Positions 47,317 through 57,446 of a stretch of DNA of 64,000 nucleotides are shown here, piece after piece. The DNA is from Candidatus Eiseniibacteriota bacterium (GTDB lineage Bacteria; Eisenbacteria; RBG-16-71-46). The position numbers and the translations under genes are program-made. Position 1 is the first letter of the stretch, and every line of letters begins with the position of its first letter. The DNA is taken from NCBI GenBank assembly GCA_044223005.1, contig JBGAML010000022.1, positions 1 to 64,000 on the forward strand, written 5' to 3'. A model generated the notes under the pieces. The model searched no databases, was not told the DNA's origin, and saw nothing but the letters and a program-made list of their open reading frames with translations.

Positions 47317-48993
47317 ATGCCCGATTTCATCTACACCATGAAGGACCTCCGCAAGGTGGTCCCTCCCAAGCGCGAGATCCTCAAGGGGATCTGGCTCTCG
47401 TTCTTCTACGGCGCCAAGATCGGCGTCCTGGGCCTGAACGGCGCCGGCAAGAGCTCGCTGCTCAAGATCATGGCCGGCATCGATCCCGACTTCATCGGCG
47501 AGGCCTTCCTCGGCAAGGGCTACACCGTCGGCTATCTCGAGCAGGAGCCGAAGCTCGATCCGGCCAAGACCGTGTTCGAGAACGTGGCCGAAGGCGTCGG
47601 CGAGAAGATGCGGATCAAGCGCCGCTGGGACGAGATCGCCGCGCGCTTCGCCGAGCCGATGGAAGACGACGAGATGAACAAGCTGATCGAGGAGCAGGGC
47701 AAGCTCCAGGACGCCATGGACGCGGGCAACCTGTGGGAGCTCGAGCGGCAGATCGAGATCGCGATGGACGCGCTCCGCTGCCCGCCCGGCGAGTCGACCG
47801 TCACGACGCTGTCGGGTGGCGAGCGCCGCCGCGTCGCGCTCTGCCGGCTGCTGCTCTCGCATCCCGACCTGCTGCTGCTCGATGAGCCCACGAACCACCT
47901 CGACGCCGAATCCGTCGACTGGCTGGAGCGATTCCTCAAGGACTACACGGGAACGGTCGTCGCGGTGACGCACGACCGCTACTTCCTCGACAACGTCGCC
48001 GGCTGGATCCTCGAGCTCGACCGCGGTGCGGGCATTCCGTGGGAAGGCAACTACACCTCGTGGCTCGAGCAGAAGAAGAACCGGCTCGCGCAGGAAGAAA
48101 AGACCGAGTCCGCGCGCCAGAAGACGCTCGAGCGCGAGTTCGAGTGGGTCAAGATGGCGCCGCGTGCACGCCAGGCCAAGAGCAAGGCGCGTCTCGCCGC
48201 GTACGAGAAGATGCTCGCCGAGGAGGGTGCGGAGCGGATCGAGAACATCGAGATCTACATCCCGCCCGGACCGCGCCTCGGCAACGTCGTGATCGAGACG
48301 CAGAACCTGCGCAAGGGCTACGGCGACACGCTGCTGATCGACGATCTGTCGTTCAAGCTGCCGCCCGCCGGGATCGTCGGCGTGATCGGCCCCAACGGCG
48401 CCGGCAAGACGACGCTCTTCCGCATGCTCGTGGGCGCCGAGAAGCCGGATTCGGGCTCGCTGCGCGTGGGCGAGACGGTGAAGATCGCCTACGTGGACCA
48501 GAGCCGCGAATCGCTCGCGGGCGAGAAGACCGTCTGGGAGGAGATCTCCGGCGGCAACGACCTGCTCATGCTGGGCAAGCGCGAGGTGAACTCGCGCGCG
48601 TACGCGTCGTGGTTCAACTTCCGCGGCGCCGACCAGCAGAAGCGCGTGAAGGACCTCTCGGGCGGCGAGCGCAACCGGCTCCACATGGCCAAGCTGCTGC
48701 AGAGCGGCGGCAACCTGCTGCTGCTCGATGAGCCCACCAACGATCTCGACGTCGATACGTTGCGGGCGCTCGAAGACGCGCTGCTCGCGTTCGCCGGCTG
48801 CGCCGTGGTGATCTCGCACGACCGCTGGTTCCTCGACCGCATCGCGACGCACATCCTCGCGTTCGAGGGCGATTCGCAGGTCACCTTCTTCGAGGGCAAC
48901 TACCAGGACTACGAGAAGGTGCGCCACGAACGGCTCGGCGCCGAGGCCGACACGCCGCACCGGATCCGCTACAAGCCGCTCGTGCGCAGCTAG
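47317..48993 (+). CDS. ettA: Energy-dependent translational throttle ABC-F protein
   Basis: [20 protein letters not shown], two ABC domains, [11 protein letters not shown]-term PHRIRYKPL. Confidence 0.95.
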   Translation: MPDFIYTMKDLRKVVPPKREILKGIWLSFFYGAKIGVLGLNGAGKSSLLKIMAGIDPDFIGEAFLGKGYTVGYLEQEPKLDPAKTVFENVAEGVGEKMRIKRRWDEIAARFAEPMEDDEMNKLIEEQGKLQDAMDAGNLWELERQIEIAMDALRCPPGESTVTTLSGGERRRVALCRLLLSHPDLLLLDEPTNHLDAESVDWLERFLKDYTGTVVAVTHDRYFLDNVAGWILELDRGAGIPWEGNYTSWLEQKKNRLAQEEKTESARQKTLEREFEWVKMAPRARQAKSKARLAAYEKMLAEEGAERIENIEIYIPPGPRLGNVVIETQNLRKGYGDTLLIDDLSFKLPPAGIVGVIGPNGAGKTTLFRMLVGAEKPDSGSLRVGETVKIAYVDQSRESLAGEKTVWEEISGGNDLLMLGKREVNSRAYASWFNFRGADQQKRVKDLSGGERNRLHMAKLLQSGGNLLLLDEPTNDLDVDTLRALEDALLAFAGCAVVISHDRWFLDRIATHILAFEGDSQVTFFEGNYQDYEKVRHERLGAEADTPHRIRYKPLVRS

Positions 48994-49010
48994 GGCACGC
49001 GACCGGCCCA

Positions 49011-49049
49011 CGGGGCGCCCGCGCACGCGCGGGTGCCCCGGTTCGTTTT
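49011..49049 (+). terminator. Intrinsic terminator after ettA
   Basis: cggggcgcccgcg/cgcgggtgccccg stem followed by ttcgtttt. Confidence 0.7.
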
Positions 49050-49100
49050 CGCGACGGGCGTCTCTGGCCGAATGCGCCCCGCGTCGGATAACGTCGCGGC

Positions 49101-50975
49101 ATGCTGGCCGACCGGACTGCTCCCGCCCGCCCCGTCGCGATCGCCACGCTCGGCGCGTTCGCGCTCACGTTGCCCGCGTACCTCGCGACCATGAACCGCG
49201 GCATCGGGTTCATCGACCGCGGCGAACTCGCGGCCGTGGCGGCGACGCTCGGGATCGCACACCCGACCGGCTATCCGCTCTTCACGCTGCTCGGCAACGT
49301 CCTCGCGCGGCTCGCCCCGGGCCACGTGGTGCTGGCGCTCAACGGGGCGGCCGCGGTGCTCACGGCCGCGGGCGCGGCGGTGCTGGTACCGCTCTACGAC
49401 GAGTGGCTGCGGCGCACCGATCCCGGCGCGGCGCCGGCCGAGCGCGCGCCGTTCGCGCTGCTCGGCGCGCTCGTCACGGCCTCGGGCTCGGTGTGGTGGC
49501 AGCAGGCGAACGGCTGGGAGGTCTACGCGCTGCACGCCCTGCTCGCGCCGCTGGCGCTGCTCGCGGCGGCGCGCTGGCTGCGCACGGGCGGGACCGCGGC
49601 CGCCGCGTTCGCGGGCCTCGCGCTCGGGCTCGCGTTCACGAACCACCTGACGACGGTGCTGCTCGTGCCCGCGCTCGCCATCCTGCTGCTGCTCGATCCC
49701 CGCCGCGGCGAGCGCGTGCGCGAACTGCCCGCGGCGGTCGTGGCGGGCGTGCTGGCGCTCGGGACCTACGCCTACCTGCCGCTGCGCACGGCGCAGCACC
49801 CGGCGCTCGACTGGGGCGAGCCGACGACGGCCGCGCGATTCGTCGCGCACGTCGGCGCGCGCGAGTTCCGCTCGTGGATGTTCTCGGACGCCGCCGAGTT
49901 CGCCGGCCAGGCGCGCTACGTCGCGATCCGGCTCCCGGCCGATCTCGCGTGGGCGGGTGCGGCGCTGGCACTCGCCGGACTCGCCGTCGCGTGGCGCCGC
50001 GATCGCCGCGTGGCGCTCGCCACGCTGGTGCTCTTCGGCGGGTGCGTGCTCTACGCCTGCGGCTACGGCATCCGCGACATCGACGCCTACCTGCTCGCGG
50101 CCGGCATCGCGACGGGCGCGTGGGTCGCGTGCGCGCTGCTCGCGTTGCGGCGCCGCGGCGCGAGGAGCGCGGCGATCGCCCTCGCCGTGGCGCTGGTGGC
50201 GGGCAACGCGTGGCTGCATCACGGCGAGTGCGACGAGTCGCGACTGAACCTGCCCGAGGACTTCGCGCGCCAGCAGCTCGCCGCGCTTCCCGCGCGCGCG
50301 GTGCTGATGGACGCGCAGTGGGACTACACGCTCTCGCCATCGCTGGCGCTGCAGGCGATCGAGCACGTGCGCCCGGACGTCACCGTGATCGGCGCGCACC
50401 TGCTCAAGCACCCGTGGTACGTGCGCGCGCTGCGCCGCCGCGATCCCGCGCTGGTGGCGCCGGCGGCGCGCGAGTGCGACGCATTCCTCGAGGCCGCGCG
50501 TCCGTACGAGGAAGGCCGCACATACGACGCCGCGCAAGTGGGCCGACGCTGGCTCGCGTTCGTCACCGCCCTGCGCGAGCGCGCGCTCGCGTCGCGCCCC
50601 GTGTGCCTCACGGCCGGCGTCGGCCCCGAGCTCGCGGGCGAGCGGCCGCAGGTGCCGCTGGGCCTCTGCTGGCAGCTCGCGGTGGACACCGCCTACGTCG
50701 CCGCACCCGCGCCGCCCAGCTTCCGGCCGTGGACCGAGCGCGAGGATCCCTGGGTCGCCTCGACCAGCCTGCTGCGTGCCCGCGCGGCGCTCGCCCGCGC
50801 CGACTACGAGTGGCGGCACGGCCACGCCGCCGCAGCCGCCGCGTGGTTCGGGGCCGCGCGGGCCTGCGATCCACACTTCGACCCGGCTCGCGTCCCGGTG
50901 CTGCCGCTGGACGGCGCCGACCTGGTACGCGAAAGCGCGACGTTCTTCGAGCGGCTCCGCTCGGTCCACGGCTGA
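49101..50975 (+). CDS. DUF2723/TMEM260-like GT-C membrane glycosyltransferase
   Basis: DRGEL...LGIAHPTGYPLF, EVYAL, NHLT, YLPLR...LDWG, RPDVTVI. Confidence 0.8.
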   Translation: MLADRTAPARPVAIATLGAFALTLPAYLATMNRGIGFIDRGELAAVAATLGIAHPTGYPLFTLLGNVLARLAPGHVVLALNGAAAVLTAAGAAVLVPLYDEWLRRTDPGAAPAERAPFALLGALVTASGSVWWQQANGWEVYALHALLAPLALLAAARWLRTGGTAAAAFAGLALGLAFTNHLTTVLLVPALAILLLLDPRRGERVRELPAAVVAGVLALGTYAYLPLRTAQHPALDWGEPTTAARFVAHVGAREFRSWMFSDAAEFAGQARYVAIRLPADLAWAGAALALAGLAVAWRRDRRVALATLVLFGGCVLYACGYGIRDIDAYLLAAGIATGAWVACALLALRRRGARSAAIALAVALVAGNAWLHHGECDESRLNLPEDFARQQLAALPARAVLMDAQWDYTLSPSLALQAIEHVRPDVTVIGAHLLKHPWYVRALRRRDPALVAPAARECDAFLEAARPYEEGRTYDAAQVGRRWLAFVTALRERALASRPVCLTAGVGPELAGERPQVPLGLCWQLAVDTAYVAAPAPPSFRPWTEREDPWVASTSLLRARAALARADYEWRHGHAAAAAAWFGAARACDPHFDPARVPVLPLDGADLVRESATFFERLRSVHG

Positions 50976-51075
50976 GCTGGCGCCGGGCCCGCCGGGGCCG
51001 CGGCGATTCGCGCCGGAATCCCCGCCGAGTCCCGTGGCTCTCACGGGGTGAACCCGCAGGCGAGGAGTCCACCCG

Positions 51076-51882
51076 ATGAGCACCACGCACGACGTCACCG
51101 ATTTCCGGTCCGAAGTCCTCGATCGCAGTCGCACCGCGCCCGTCCTCGTCGATTTCTGGGCACCGTGGTGCGGACCCTGCCGCACGCTCGGGCCCACGCT
51201 CGAGCGGCTCGCGAATCAGTCCGGTGATCGCTGGACGCTCGTGAAGGTCAATACCGAGGAGTACCCGGAACTCGCCTCCTCGTTCGGCGTGATGAGCATT
51301 CCCAATGTGAAGCTCTTCCGCGACGGCGAGGTGATCGACGAGTTCGTGGGCGCCCTGCCCGAGTCGGAGATCCGCCGCTGGCTCGACCTGCGCCTGCCGG
51401 CCTCCGAATCGCCGCGCGTCGCGGCGGCGCGTGCGCTCGCCGAGGCGGGCGACGTCGACGGCGCGATCGCCGCACTCGAGCGCGAGACCGTGGCGGCGCC
51501 GCACGACGCGGCGACGCGCCTCGCGCTCGCGGAGTTGCTGTTGCGCCGCGCGCCCGAGCGCGTGCACGCGACGCTCGCGCCCCTCGGTGACGAGCACGCG
51601 GACAAGGTCGAGGCGCTACGCGTCCTCGCGGGCTGGCTGCTGCGCGCAGGGATGCTGCCCGAGGGCGAGGCGCGCGAGCCGTTCGCAGCGGCGCTGGCCG
51701 CGATCCGCGCGGGCGACTGGGACGCCGCGCTCGCGGCCGACGTCGAAGCGCTGCGCCGCCAGCGCCGCTGGGCGGACGGTGCGGCACGCGAACTCGGCCG
51801 CGCGCTGTTCATCCACCTGGGCGTCGTCCACCCCGTGTGCGAGAAGCACTACCGGGCGTTCGCGAGCGCGCTGCACGTCTGA
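51076..51882 (+). CDS. Thioredoxin + TPR protein (CnoX/YbbN-like)
   Basis: PVLVDFWAPWCGPC, SIPNV, GALPE; helical C-terminal half ending YRAFASAL. Confidence 0.85.
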   Translation: MSTTHDVTDFRSEVLDRSRTAPVLVDFWAPWCGPCRTLGPTLERLANQSGDRWTLVKVNTEEYPELASSFGVMSIPNVKLFRDGEVIDEFVGALPESEIRRWLDLRLPASESPRVAAARALAEAGDVDGAIAALERETVAAPHDAATRLALAELLLRRAPERVHATLAPLGDEHADKVEALRVLAGWLLRAGMLPEGEAREPFAAALAAIRAGDWDAALAADVEALRRQRRWADGAARELGRALFIHLGVVHPVCEKHYRAFASALHV

Positions 51883-51899
51883 GACGAGTCGCGCGCCGC

Positions 51900-52331
51900 T
51901 CAGGTGCGCGTGCGCCTCGCGGCCAGCGCGGCCAGCGTGGTCAGCCCGATGTTCTCGGCGAACTTCTTCGCGCCGATCGCGCTCGCCCCCACCTTGCCGA
52001 AGCAGCCGCAGCGGAAGTCCAGCCCGCGTGCCCATGCGGCCGCCACGGCGACCGTGAACACGAGCATCATCACGAGCGCCAGCGCCGCGCCGGCGCGCGC
52101 GCGCACGCCGAGCACCAGCGCGAGGCCGGCGACGAGCTCGATCCACGGCATCGTCATCGCCAGTGCGTGCTCACTCCAGGACGGCGTGAGCCGGTAGTTG
52201 TGCAGTTCCTGCGCGAACCAGTTGAGGTCGCCGATCTTGCCCAGCGCGGCGATCACGAACACGAGACCGATCGCGATGCGCGTGATGCGCATCACCGCGG
52301 GCGACGCGAGCCAGTCGAGCGCGGGCTTCAT
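51900..52331 (-). CDS. MauE/DoxX-family membrane protein
   Basis: MPWIELVAG, RGLDFRCGCFG. Confidence 0.85.
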   Translation of the reverse strand: MKPALDWLASPAVMRITRIAIGLVFVIAALGKIGDLNWFAQELHNYRLTPSWSEHALAMTMPWIELVAGLALVLGVRARAGAALALVMMLVFTVAVAAAWARGLDFRCGCFGKVGASAIGAKKFAENIGLTTLAALAARRTRT

Positions 52332-53101
52332 GGCTGCGCCCCCGTGCGGACCGGCTCGCCGGCCGTCTTCCACGCGGGCAGGCCGCCGGTGAACACGACC
52401 ACGCGATGGTACCCGGCGTCGAGCAGCGTGAACGCGAGGTTGCGCGAGAGCTCGCAGTCGCCGCCGCCGCAGTAGACGACGATCGGGCGGCCCCTGGGGT
52501 CGAGCGACTTGGCGAGCGCGGGCTTCTTGAACACGTCGTCGAAGGGCAGGTTGGTCGCGCCCGCGATGTGCTCCTCGGCGAACTCTTCGGCCGAGCGCGC
52601 GTCCACGAACAGCGCCGCGCCGGCGGCGTACAGTTTGCCGACCACCTCGACGCCGGCCTGGATCGGGTCGCGCGAATCCGGGATCACGGGCACGTCGGCC
52701 GCGGCGGGCGCGGTTGCCGTCGGCGCGGTGGCGGTCGCGGGCGTCGTCGCCGGGGCGGTCGCCGCGGGCGTCGCGCCGGGCTTCGCCGCGTGCGCCGCCG
52801 GCTTCGCGTGCGCGGAGTCGCGCGACGCGGGCGTCGCCGTTGTGGCGGGCGCCGGCGCGGGGGCCGGATCGGGCGTCGTCGCCGCGACGGGCGCCGGCGC
52901 GGTGGACTGCGGCGCCGGCGAGACCTGCTCGAGCGACACCACCTTGCGCTCGCCCTTCACCCACGTGAGCGCGCGGCTCGGGTCGGCCGAGAGCTGAAGC
53001 ACGTTGAAGAGGACGCCCAGTGCGGCGCCCGCGATCACGATCGTCAGCACGTCGCGCGCCCGCAGGCCGTCGTCGTGCGGAGTGTTGTCGGTCATCGGCA
53101 T
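52328..53101 (-). CDS. Membrane-anchored rhodanese-domain protein
   Basis: TM anchor; Ala/Pro/Thr linker; FVDAR, HIAGA, VVYCGGGDC, GGLPAW. Confidence 0.85.
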   Translation of the reverse strand: MPMTDNTPHDDGLRARDVLTIVIAGAALGVLFNVLQLSADPSRALTWVKGERKVVSLEQVSPAPQSTAPAPVAATTPDPAPAPAPATTATPASRDSAHAKPAAHAAKPGATPAATAPATTPATATAPTATAPAAADVPVIPDSRDPIQAGVEVVGKLYAAGAALFVDARSAEEFAEEHIAGATNLPFDDVFKKPALAKSLDPRGRPIVVYCGGGDCELSRNLAFTLLDAGYHRVVVFTGGLPAWKTAGEPVRTGAQP

Positions 53102-53238
53102 GGGTCCCGGATGCAGGTGCGATTCCGGCGCGCAGTGCACCGCGCGCGAGTCTCGAGTCGATCAAGGATACCGCGCCGCGCGAGCGCGGGAGAAGCGGCG
53201 CGTGACCCGTGCGGCGTCCGGGGCGTAAAGTCGTTGTC

Positions 53239-54513
53239 ATGGCCGCACCGCGCTTCGATCCGCTCGCCTACCGCGAGCCGCGCCCCGTGCCCGCACTGAT
53301 CCACGCGCTCGGGCCGGTCAACCGCCATCTCATGCTGCGCGCGCTGCTGCGGCTCGCGCGCTTCGAGATCCCGGCGCCGGACCTGGCGCGGCTGCGCGCG
53401 GCCGTGAACCGCGACACCGCGGCGTTCCTCGGGCCCAACCATCCCGAGTTCATGACCGACTGGCTGATCGACAAGGAGATCTCGCGGCTCGTCTCGCCAC
53501 TCATGGCGCACTGGGCGTCGTACGAGATCGTCAACGGCTCGCCGTTCACGCAGCGCTTCTGGCTCGCGAACAACCTGATCTCCAATGCGCCCGGTGGCGG
53601 CGGCAAGGCCTACTCGGTCGAGTGGGCGCTGCGCGGTCACGGCGTGCTGCTGCACCCCGAGGGCACCGCGACGTGGCAGGCGCAGCGCGTCTCGGCACTG
53701 CTGCCGGGCATCGTCGACATGGCGTGGGAGACCGCGAAGCGCGTGCGCGAATCGGGCGGCACGCGGCCCGTGTTCGTGGTGCCGCTCAACTGGTCGCTGC
53801 ACTTCACCGGTGACGCGGGCCCGGCGCTCGCGCGCGAGATCGCGCACGTGGAACGCGCGCTCGCGCTGCCGCCCACGCGCGGGCCGGTCGAGGCGCGCTT
53901 CGGCGAGCTGCTCGCGAACGTGCTGCTGCACCAGTGCGCTCGGCTCGGCCTCGAGGCGCCGCGCGAGCCGCAGGGCGCGGGCTACTTCGCGGCGCAGCAG
54001 GCTGCCCGCGCGGCCATCGTGGCGCGGCTCGAAGCGGCGCACGGCGCGCTGGACCCCGATCCCGTGCGCGCGCAGCACCAGGTGCGGCGCGCGATCCGCC
54101 GCCGCGCGAAGGACGATCCCGAGGGCGCGCGCCGCGACCGCGCCCTGGTCGGCGAACTGCAGCGGCTCGTGTCGTTCGACCCGGCGCTCTACGACCAACC
54201 CTCGCTCACGCAGGAGCAGATGGCCGAGACGCTCAAGCGCACGCGCACCTCGCTGGTGACGCGCGGACTCGCGAACGCGATCCACAACGTGATCCCGATC
54301 GCCGTGGCGCCGCGTGCGGTGCACGTGCGCGTGCCCGAGCCGCTCGACGTGGGCGCGGCACTGGCGGCGGGCGGCGATCCCGACGCGGCGCGGGCGGAGC
54401 TGCTGCAGGAGCTGCACGCGCGGCTGCAGGCGGGTGTCGACGCCCTGCGCGCCGAGGGCGCCCCGGTGACCGACCGGCACCGCCGCCCGAATCCCCTGCA
54501 TTCGCGCGCGTAA
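53239..54513 (+). CDS. Putative PlsC-like acyltransferase
   Basis: PNHPEFMTD (Hx4-5D-like) and LHPEG motifs. Confidence 0.6.
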   Translation: MAAPRFDPLAYREPRPVPALIHALGPVNRHLMLRALLRLARFEIPAPDLARLRAAVNRDTAAFLGPNHPEFMTDWLIDKEISRLVSPLMAHWASYEIVNGSPFTQRFWLANNLISNAPGGGGKAYSVEWALRGHGVLLHPEGTATWQAQRVSALLPGIVDMAWETAKRVRESGGTRPVFVVPLNWSLHFTGDAGPALAREIAHVERALALPPTRGPVEARFGELLANVLLHQCARLGLEAPREPQGAGYFAAQQAARAAIVARLEAAHGALDPDPVRAQHQVRRAIRRRAKDDPEGARRDRALVGELQRLVSFDPALYDQPSLTQEQMAETLKRTRTSLVTRGLANAIHNVIPIAVAPRAVHVRVPEPLDVGAALAAGGDPDAARAELLQELHARLQAGVDALRAEGAPVTDRHRRPNPLHSRA

Positions 54514-54534
54514 GCCGCGGGCCCCGCCGCGGCA

Positions 54535-54561
54535 TCAAGGCCTTTCCTGCGCGTCCGAGAC
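54535..54561 (+). promoter_or_regulatory. sigma28-like promoter
   Basis: TCAAG-N14-TCCGAGAC upstream of the HDOD gene. Confidence 0.65.
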
Positions 54562-54655
54562 TCGTGGGAGCAGCTCTCGGCCGGTTCCCTCCCGGCATCC
54601 GGACTTCCGGCAGGCGGTTCCGGACTCCCTCGCGGCCGAAACTGGGGACATCGTC

Positions 54656-55846
54656 ATGAAGCGCATCCTCTGTGTCCATCCCGATGCCGGCGTGCTCGAA
54701 GCGCACCGGCGCACGCTGCTGGAGCGTGCGCGGGAATGGGAAGTGCGGCTGGAGCGCACCACCGCGACCGGCGTCGCGGCCTTCCAGTCGTGGCGTCCCG
54801 ACGCCGTGCTCGCGGCGATCGCGCCTCCCGACGTGGACGGCGTCGCACTGCTCATGCAGGTCCGCGACGAGGAACCCGAGACGATCCGGATCGCGTTGGG
54901 TGACGACGCCCCGAACGATGCCACGCTCCGCAGCCTGCGGATCGCGCACCGCGTGCTGCCGGGCTCGGTGCCGCCCGGCGAGCTGAGCGAGGCCGTGCGC
55001 CGCGCGCTGCTGCTGCGTGACCTGGTCGCGGGCCCGGAGTTGCGCCGGCTGCTCGGCGACGTGGGCCCGCTGCCCGCCGTGCCGCGCGTCTACTCCGAGC
55101 TCACGCGCCGCCTCGCCGATCCGTCGGTGTCGGTGATCGAACTGGCCGAACTGGTGTCGGAAGACCCCGCGCTGGCCGCGCAGGTGCTGCGCATGGCGAA
55201 CAGCGCGTTCTTCGGCCGCGACCGCGCCGTGTCGGGACTCGCCGACGCCGCCGCGCGCCTCGGCACGCGGCTGCTGCGGAGCCTCGTGCTCCACGCCGAG
55301 CTCTACGGCGGCTTCCCGCTGCCGCCCGCCGAGGTGGGCCGGATCGAGGCGTTCCAGCGGCACTCGGCGCTCGTGGCACGCATCGCGTCGGGCCTCGAAC
55401 CGCGGGCGCCGTGGCTGGACGACGCGTTCTCCGCGGGCCTGCTGCACGACCTGGGCAAGCTCGTGCTGCTCTCGCGGCTGCCCAAGCGCTACGAGGCGAT
55501 CGAGGCCGAGGCACTGCGCAGCGGCCGCGAACTGCACGTGGTCGAGGCCGAGCAGCTGGGCGCGCACCACGGCACGATCGGCGCCTGCCTGCTCGGCATG
55601 TGGGGCCTGCCGAGCGTGATCCTGGAAGCCGTGCACGGCCACCACGGGATGCCCGTCGAGGCGACGCCACGCCTCGACGCCGTGCGCGCCGTTGCGCTCG
55701 CCGACCGCCTCGCGCACGACGTCACGGATCCGGACGACGTGCGCAAGCGAAGGCCGGCGCTGCCGCTCGCGCTCGTGACCGATCCGCGCTGGGGCTGGTG
55801 GCGCGAGATGGCCGAGCAGCTCGCCGAGGAGTGCAGCACGGTCTGA
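54656..55846 (+). CDS. HDOD-domain protein with degenerate receiver domain
   Basis: LPAVP, DPALAAQVLRMANSAFF, AGLLHDLGKL, WGLP; N-terminal REC fold lacking the acidic pocket. Confidence 0.88.
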   Translation: MKRILCVHPDAGVLEAHRRTLLERAREWEVRLERTTATGVAAFQSWRPDAVLAAIAPPDVDGVALLMQVRDEEPETIRIALGDDAPNDATLRSLRIAHRVLPGSVPPGELSEAVRRALLLRDLVAGPELRRLLGDVGPLPAVPRVYSELTRRLADPSVSVIELAELVSEDPALAAQVLRMANSAFFGRDRAVSGLADAAARLGTRLLRSLVLHAELYGGFPLPPAEVGRIEAFQRHSALVARIASGLEPRAPWLDDAFSAGLLHDLGKLVLLSRLPKRYEAIEAEALRSGRELHVVEAEQLGAHHGTIGACLLGMWGLPSVILEAVHGHHGMPVEATPRLDAVRAVALADRLAHDVTDPDDVRKRRPALPLALVTDPRWGWWREMAEQLAEECSTV

Positions 55847-55913
55847 GCGCCGCCGGCGAAAACGCGGCGCGCACGCGCGCTGCGGGTCGCCCCGGCCTCG
55901 TGAGGCCGCCTCC

Positions 55914-55940
55914 TCAAGAGTCCGGACCGCGCTCCGATAC
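55914..55940 (+). promoter_or_regulatory. sigma28-like promoter
   Basis: TCAAG-N14-TCCGATAC upstream of the response regulator. Confidence 0.65.
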
Positions 55941-56042
55941 TTCCGGGCGTGACCCGCTTCGCCGACGCCGGGCCCGCTGGGGCGCGCCGTCGGCGGCCGC
56001 GGTGGCGTTCCCTCGACGCCGGCAGACCCACCGGAGGCGACC

Positions 56043-56681
56043 GTGAACCCGACCCTGAAGACGGCGAACCCGCGCGAAGTGATCGTCGCGGACGACGACC
56101 GCACGATGCGCAAGATCATCGGGACGATCCTCGAGGAGAACGGCTACGTCGTGAGCACCGCGGTGAGCGGCCTGCAGCTGCTCGACCGGCTGCGCCGCGG
56201 CACGCTGCCCTCGCTCGTGGTCACGGACTGGGAGATGCCGGGCGCGTCGGGCGTCGACGTCTGCCACAAGATCCGCAACCATCCGGATGGCGACCGCTAC
56301 TACATGATCGTCGTCACCGCGGGCACCACCGAGGAGCACCTGCTGACCGCGCTCAACGAAGGCGCCGACGACTACCTGCCCAAGCCCTTCCGCGTGCCCG
56401 AGCTGCTCGCGCGCGTGCGCGCCGGAGCCCGCGTGCTCGAGATGCGCGAGCGGCTCGCGCGCAAGGTCGAGGCGCTGGAGAAGACGCTCGCGGGCGCGCC
56501 CTCCGCCTCGCCGACGATCCCGCTCTGCCCCTACTGCCAGCGCGTGCGCTCGGGTCCGCACGAGTGGCAGACGGTCGAGGAGTACCTCGAAGCGCACGCA
56601 GGTCCCTCGACGCCGGAAGCGGCGTGCGAGGAGTGCGCCGAGGCGCTGCGCCGCGAAGCCGAGGACGAGCGCGCCGCCTGA
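56043..56681 (+). CDS. Response regulator with C-terminal Cys4 domain
   Basis: ADDD, TDWEMP, VTA, PKPF; IPLCPYCQRVR...ACEEC. Confidence 0.85.
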   Translation: MNPTLKTANPREVIVADDDRTMRKIIGTILEENGYVVSTAVSGLQLLDRLRRGTLPSLVVTDWEMPGASGVDVCHKIRNHPDGDRYYMIVVTAGTTEEHLLTALNEGADDYLPKPFRVPELLARVRAGARVLEMRERLARKVEALEKTLAGAPSASPTIPLCPYCQRVRSGPHEWQTVEEYLEAHAGPSTPEAACEECAEALRREAEDERAA

Positions 56682-56699
56682 GCGGGGCCGTGCGGCGCG

Positions 56700-57377
56700 T
56701 CAGCGCGGGCGCGTGCGCTCGCGCAGCCACGCCGCGAGCGCGTGGTGGCCGCGTTCGTCGGCGACGTCCGCCGCGGCGCGGCCGTCGTCGGTGCGCGCGT
56801 GGGGGTCGGCGCCCGCTGCGAGCAGCTGCTCGGCGAGCGCGCGGTCGTCCTGCTGCGCCGCCGCCATGAGCGGCGTGTAGCCGCCCGCCTGGCGCGCGTC
56901 GGGCGGCGCGCCGCGCTCGAGCAGCGCCGCGACGCTGGCCAGGTCGCGCGCCGCGGCCGCGCTGTGGAGCGGCTGCAGCGCGGAGCCGTTGGTCGCGACC
57001 GCCGCCGGTTCGGCGCCCGCCGCGAGCAGCTCGGCGACCAGCGCCGGGTGTGCGAAGTACGCGGCGAGGTGGAGCGCGGTGAAGCCGTCGTGCGAGAACG
57101 CCCGCACCGCCTGGGGATCGCGCGCCAGGTGCGCGCGGACGGCGGCGGCATCACCCACCGCGGCGGCCTCGAAGAGATCGAGCGCCGGCCGCTCGGCGAG
57201 CAGCCGGTCGCGTACCGCCAGCTGCCGCGCGTAGCACGCCCACGTCACCGCCGAATGCCGGGAGGCGTTGCGCGCCGAGGCGAGCGCCGGGCGCGCGCGC
57301 AGCATGCGGTCGACCGCGTCCACGTCACCCGCACGAATCGCGGCGAACAGTGCGTCGATCTCGTCGCTCAGCGGCAT
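56700..57377 (-). CDS. Ankyrin-repeat protein
   Basis: DGFTALHLAA, PLHSAA, GYTPLMAAA; GGAGG RBS. Confidence 0.9.
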   Translation of the reverse strand: MPLSDEIDALFAAIRAGDVDAVDRMLRARPALASARNASRHSAVTWACYARQLAVRDRLLAERPALDLFEAAAVGDAAAVRAHLARDPQAVRAFSHDGFTALHLAAYFAHPALVAELLAAGAEPAAVATNGSALQPLHSAAAARDLASVAALLERGAPPDARQAGGYTPLMAAAQQDDRALAEQLLAAGADPHARTDDGRAAADVADERGHHALAAWLRERTRPR

Positions 57378-57397
57378 GGCCACCTCCGGATGGACGA

Positions 57398-57428
57398 ACG
57401 GCCTCCAGGGACTCGCCCCGGAGGCCGT
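57398..57428 (-). terminator. Terminator hairpin after OMP gene
   Basis: acggcctcc...ggaggccgt stem. Confidence 0.55.
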
Positions 57429-57446
57429 CGCGTGTTCGTGCAGCGA

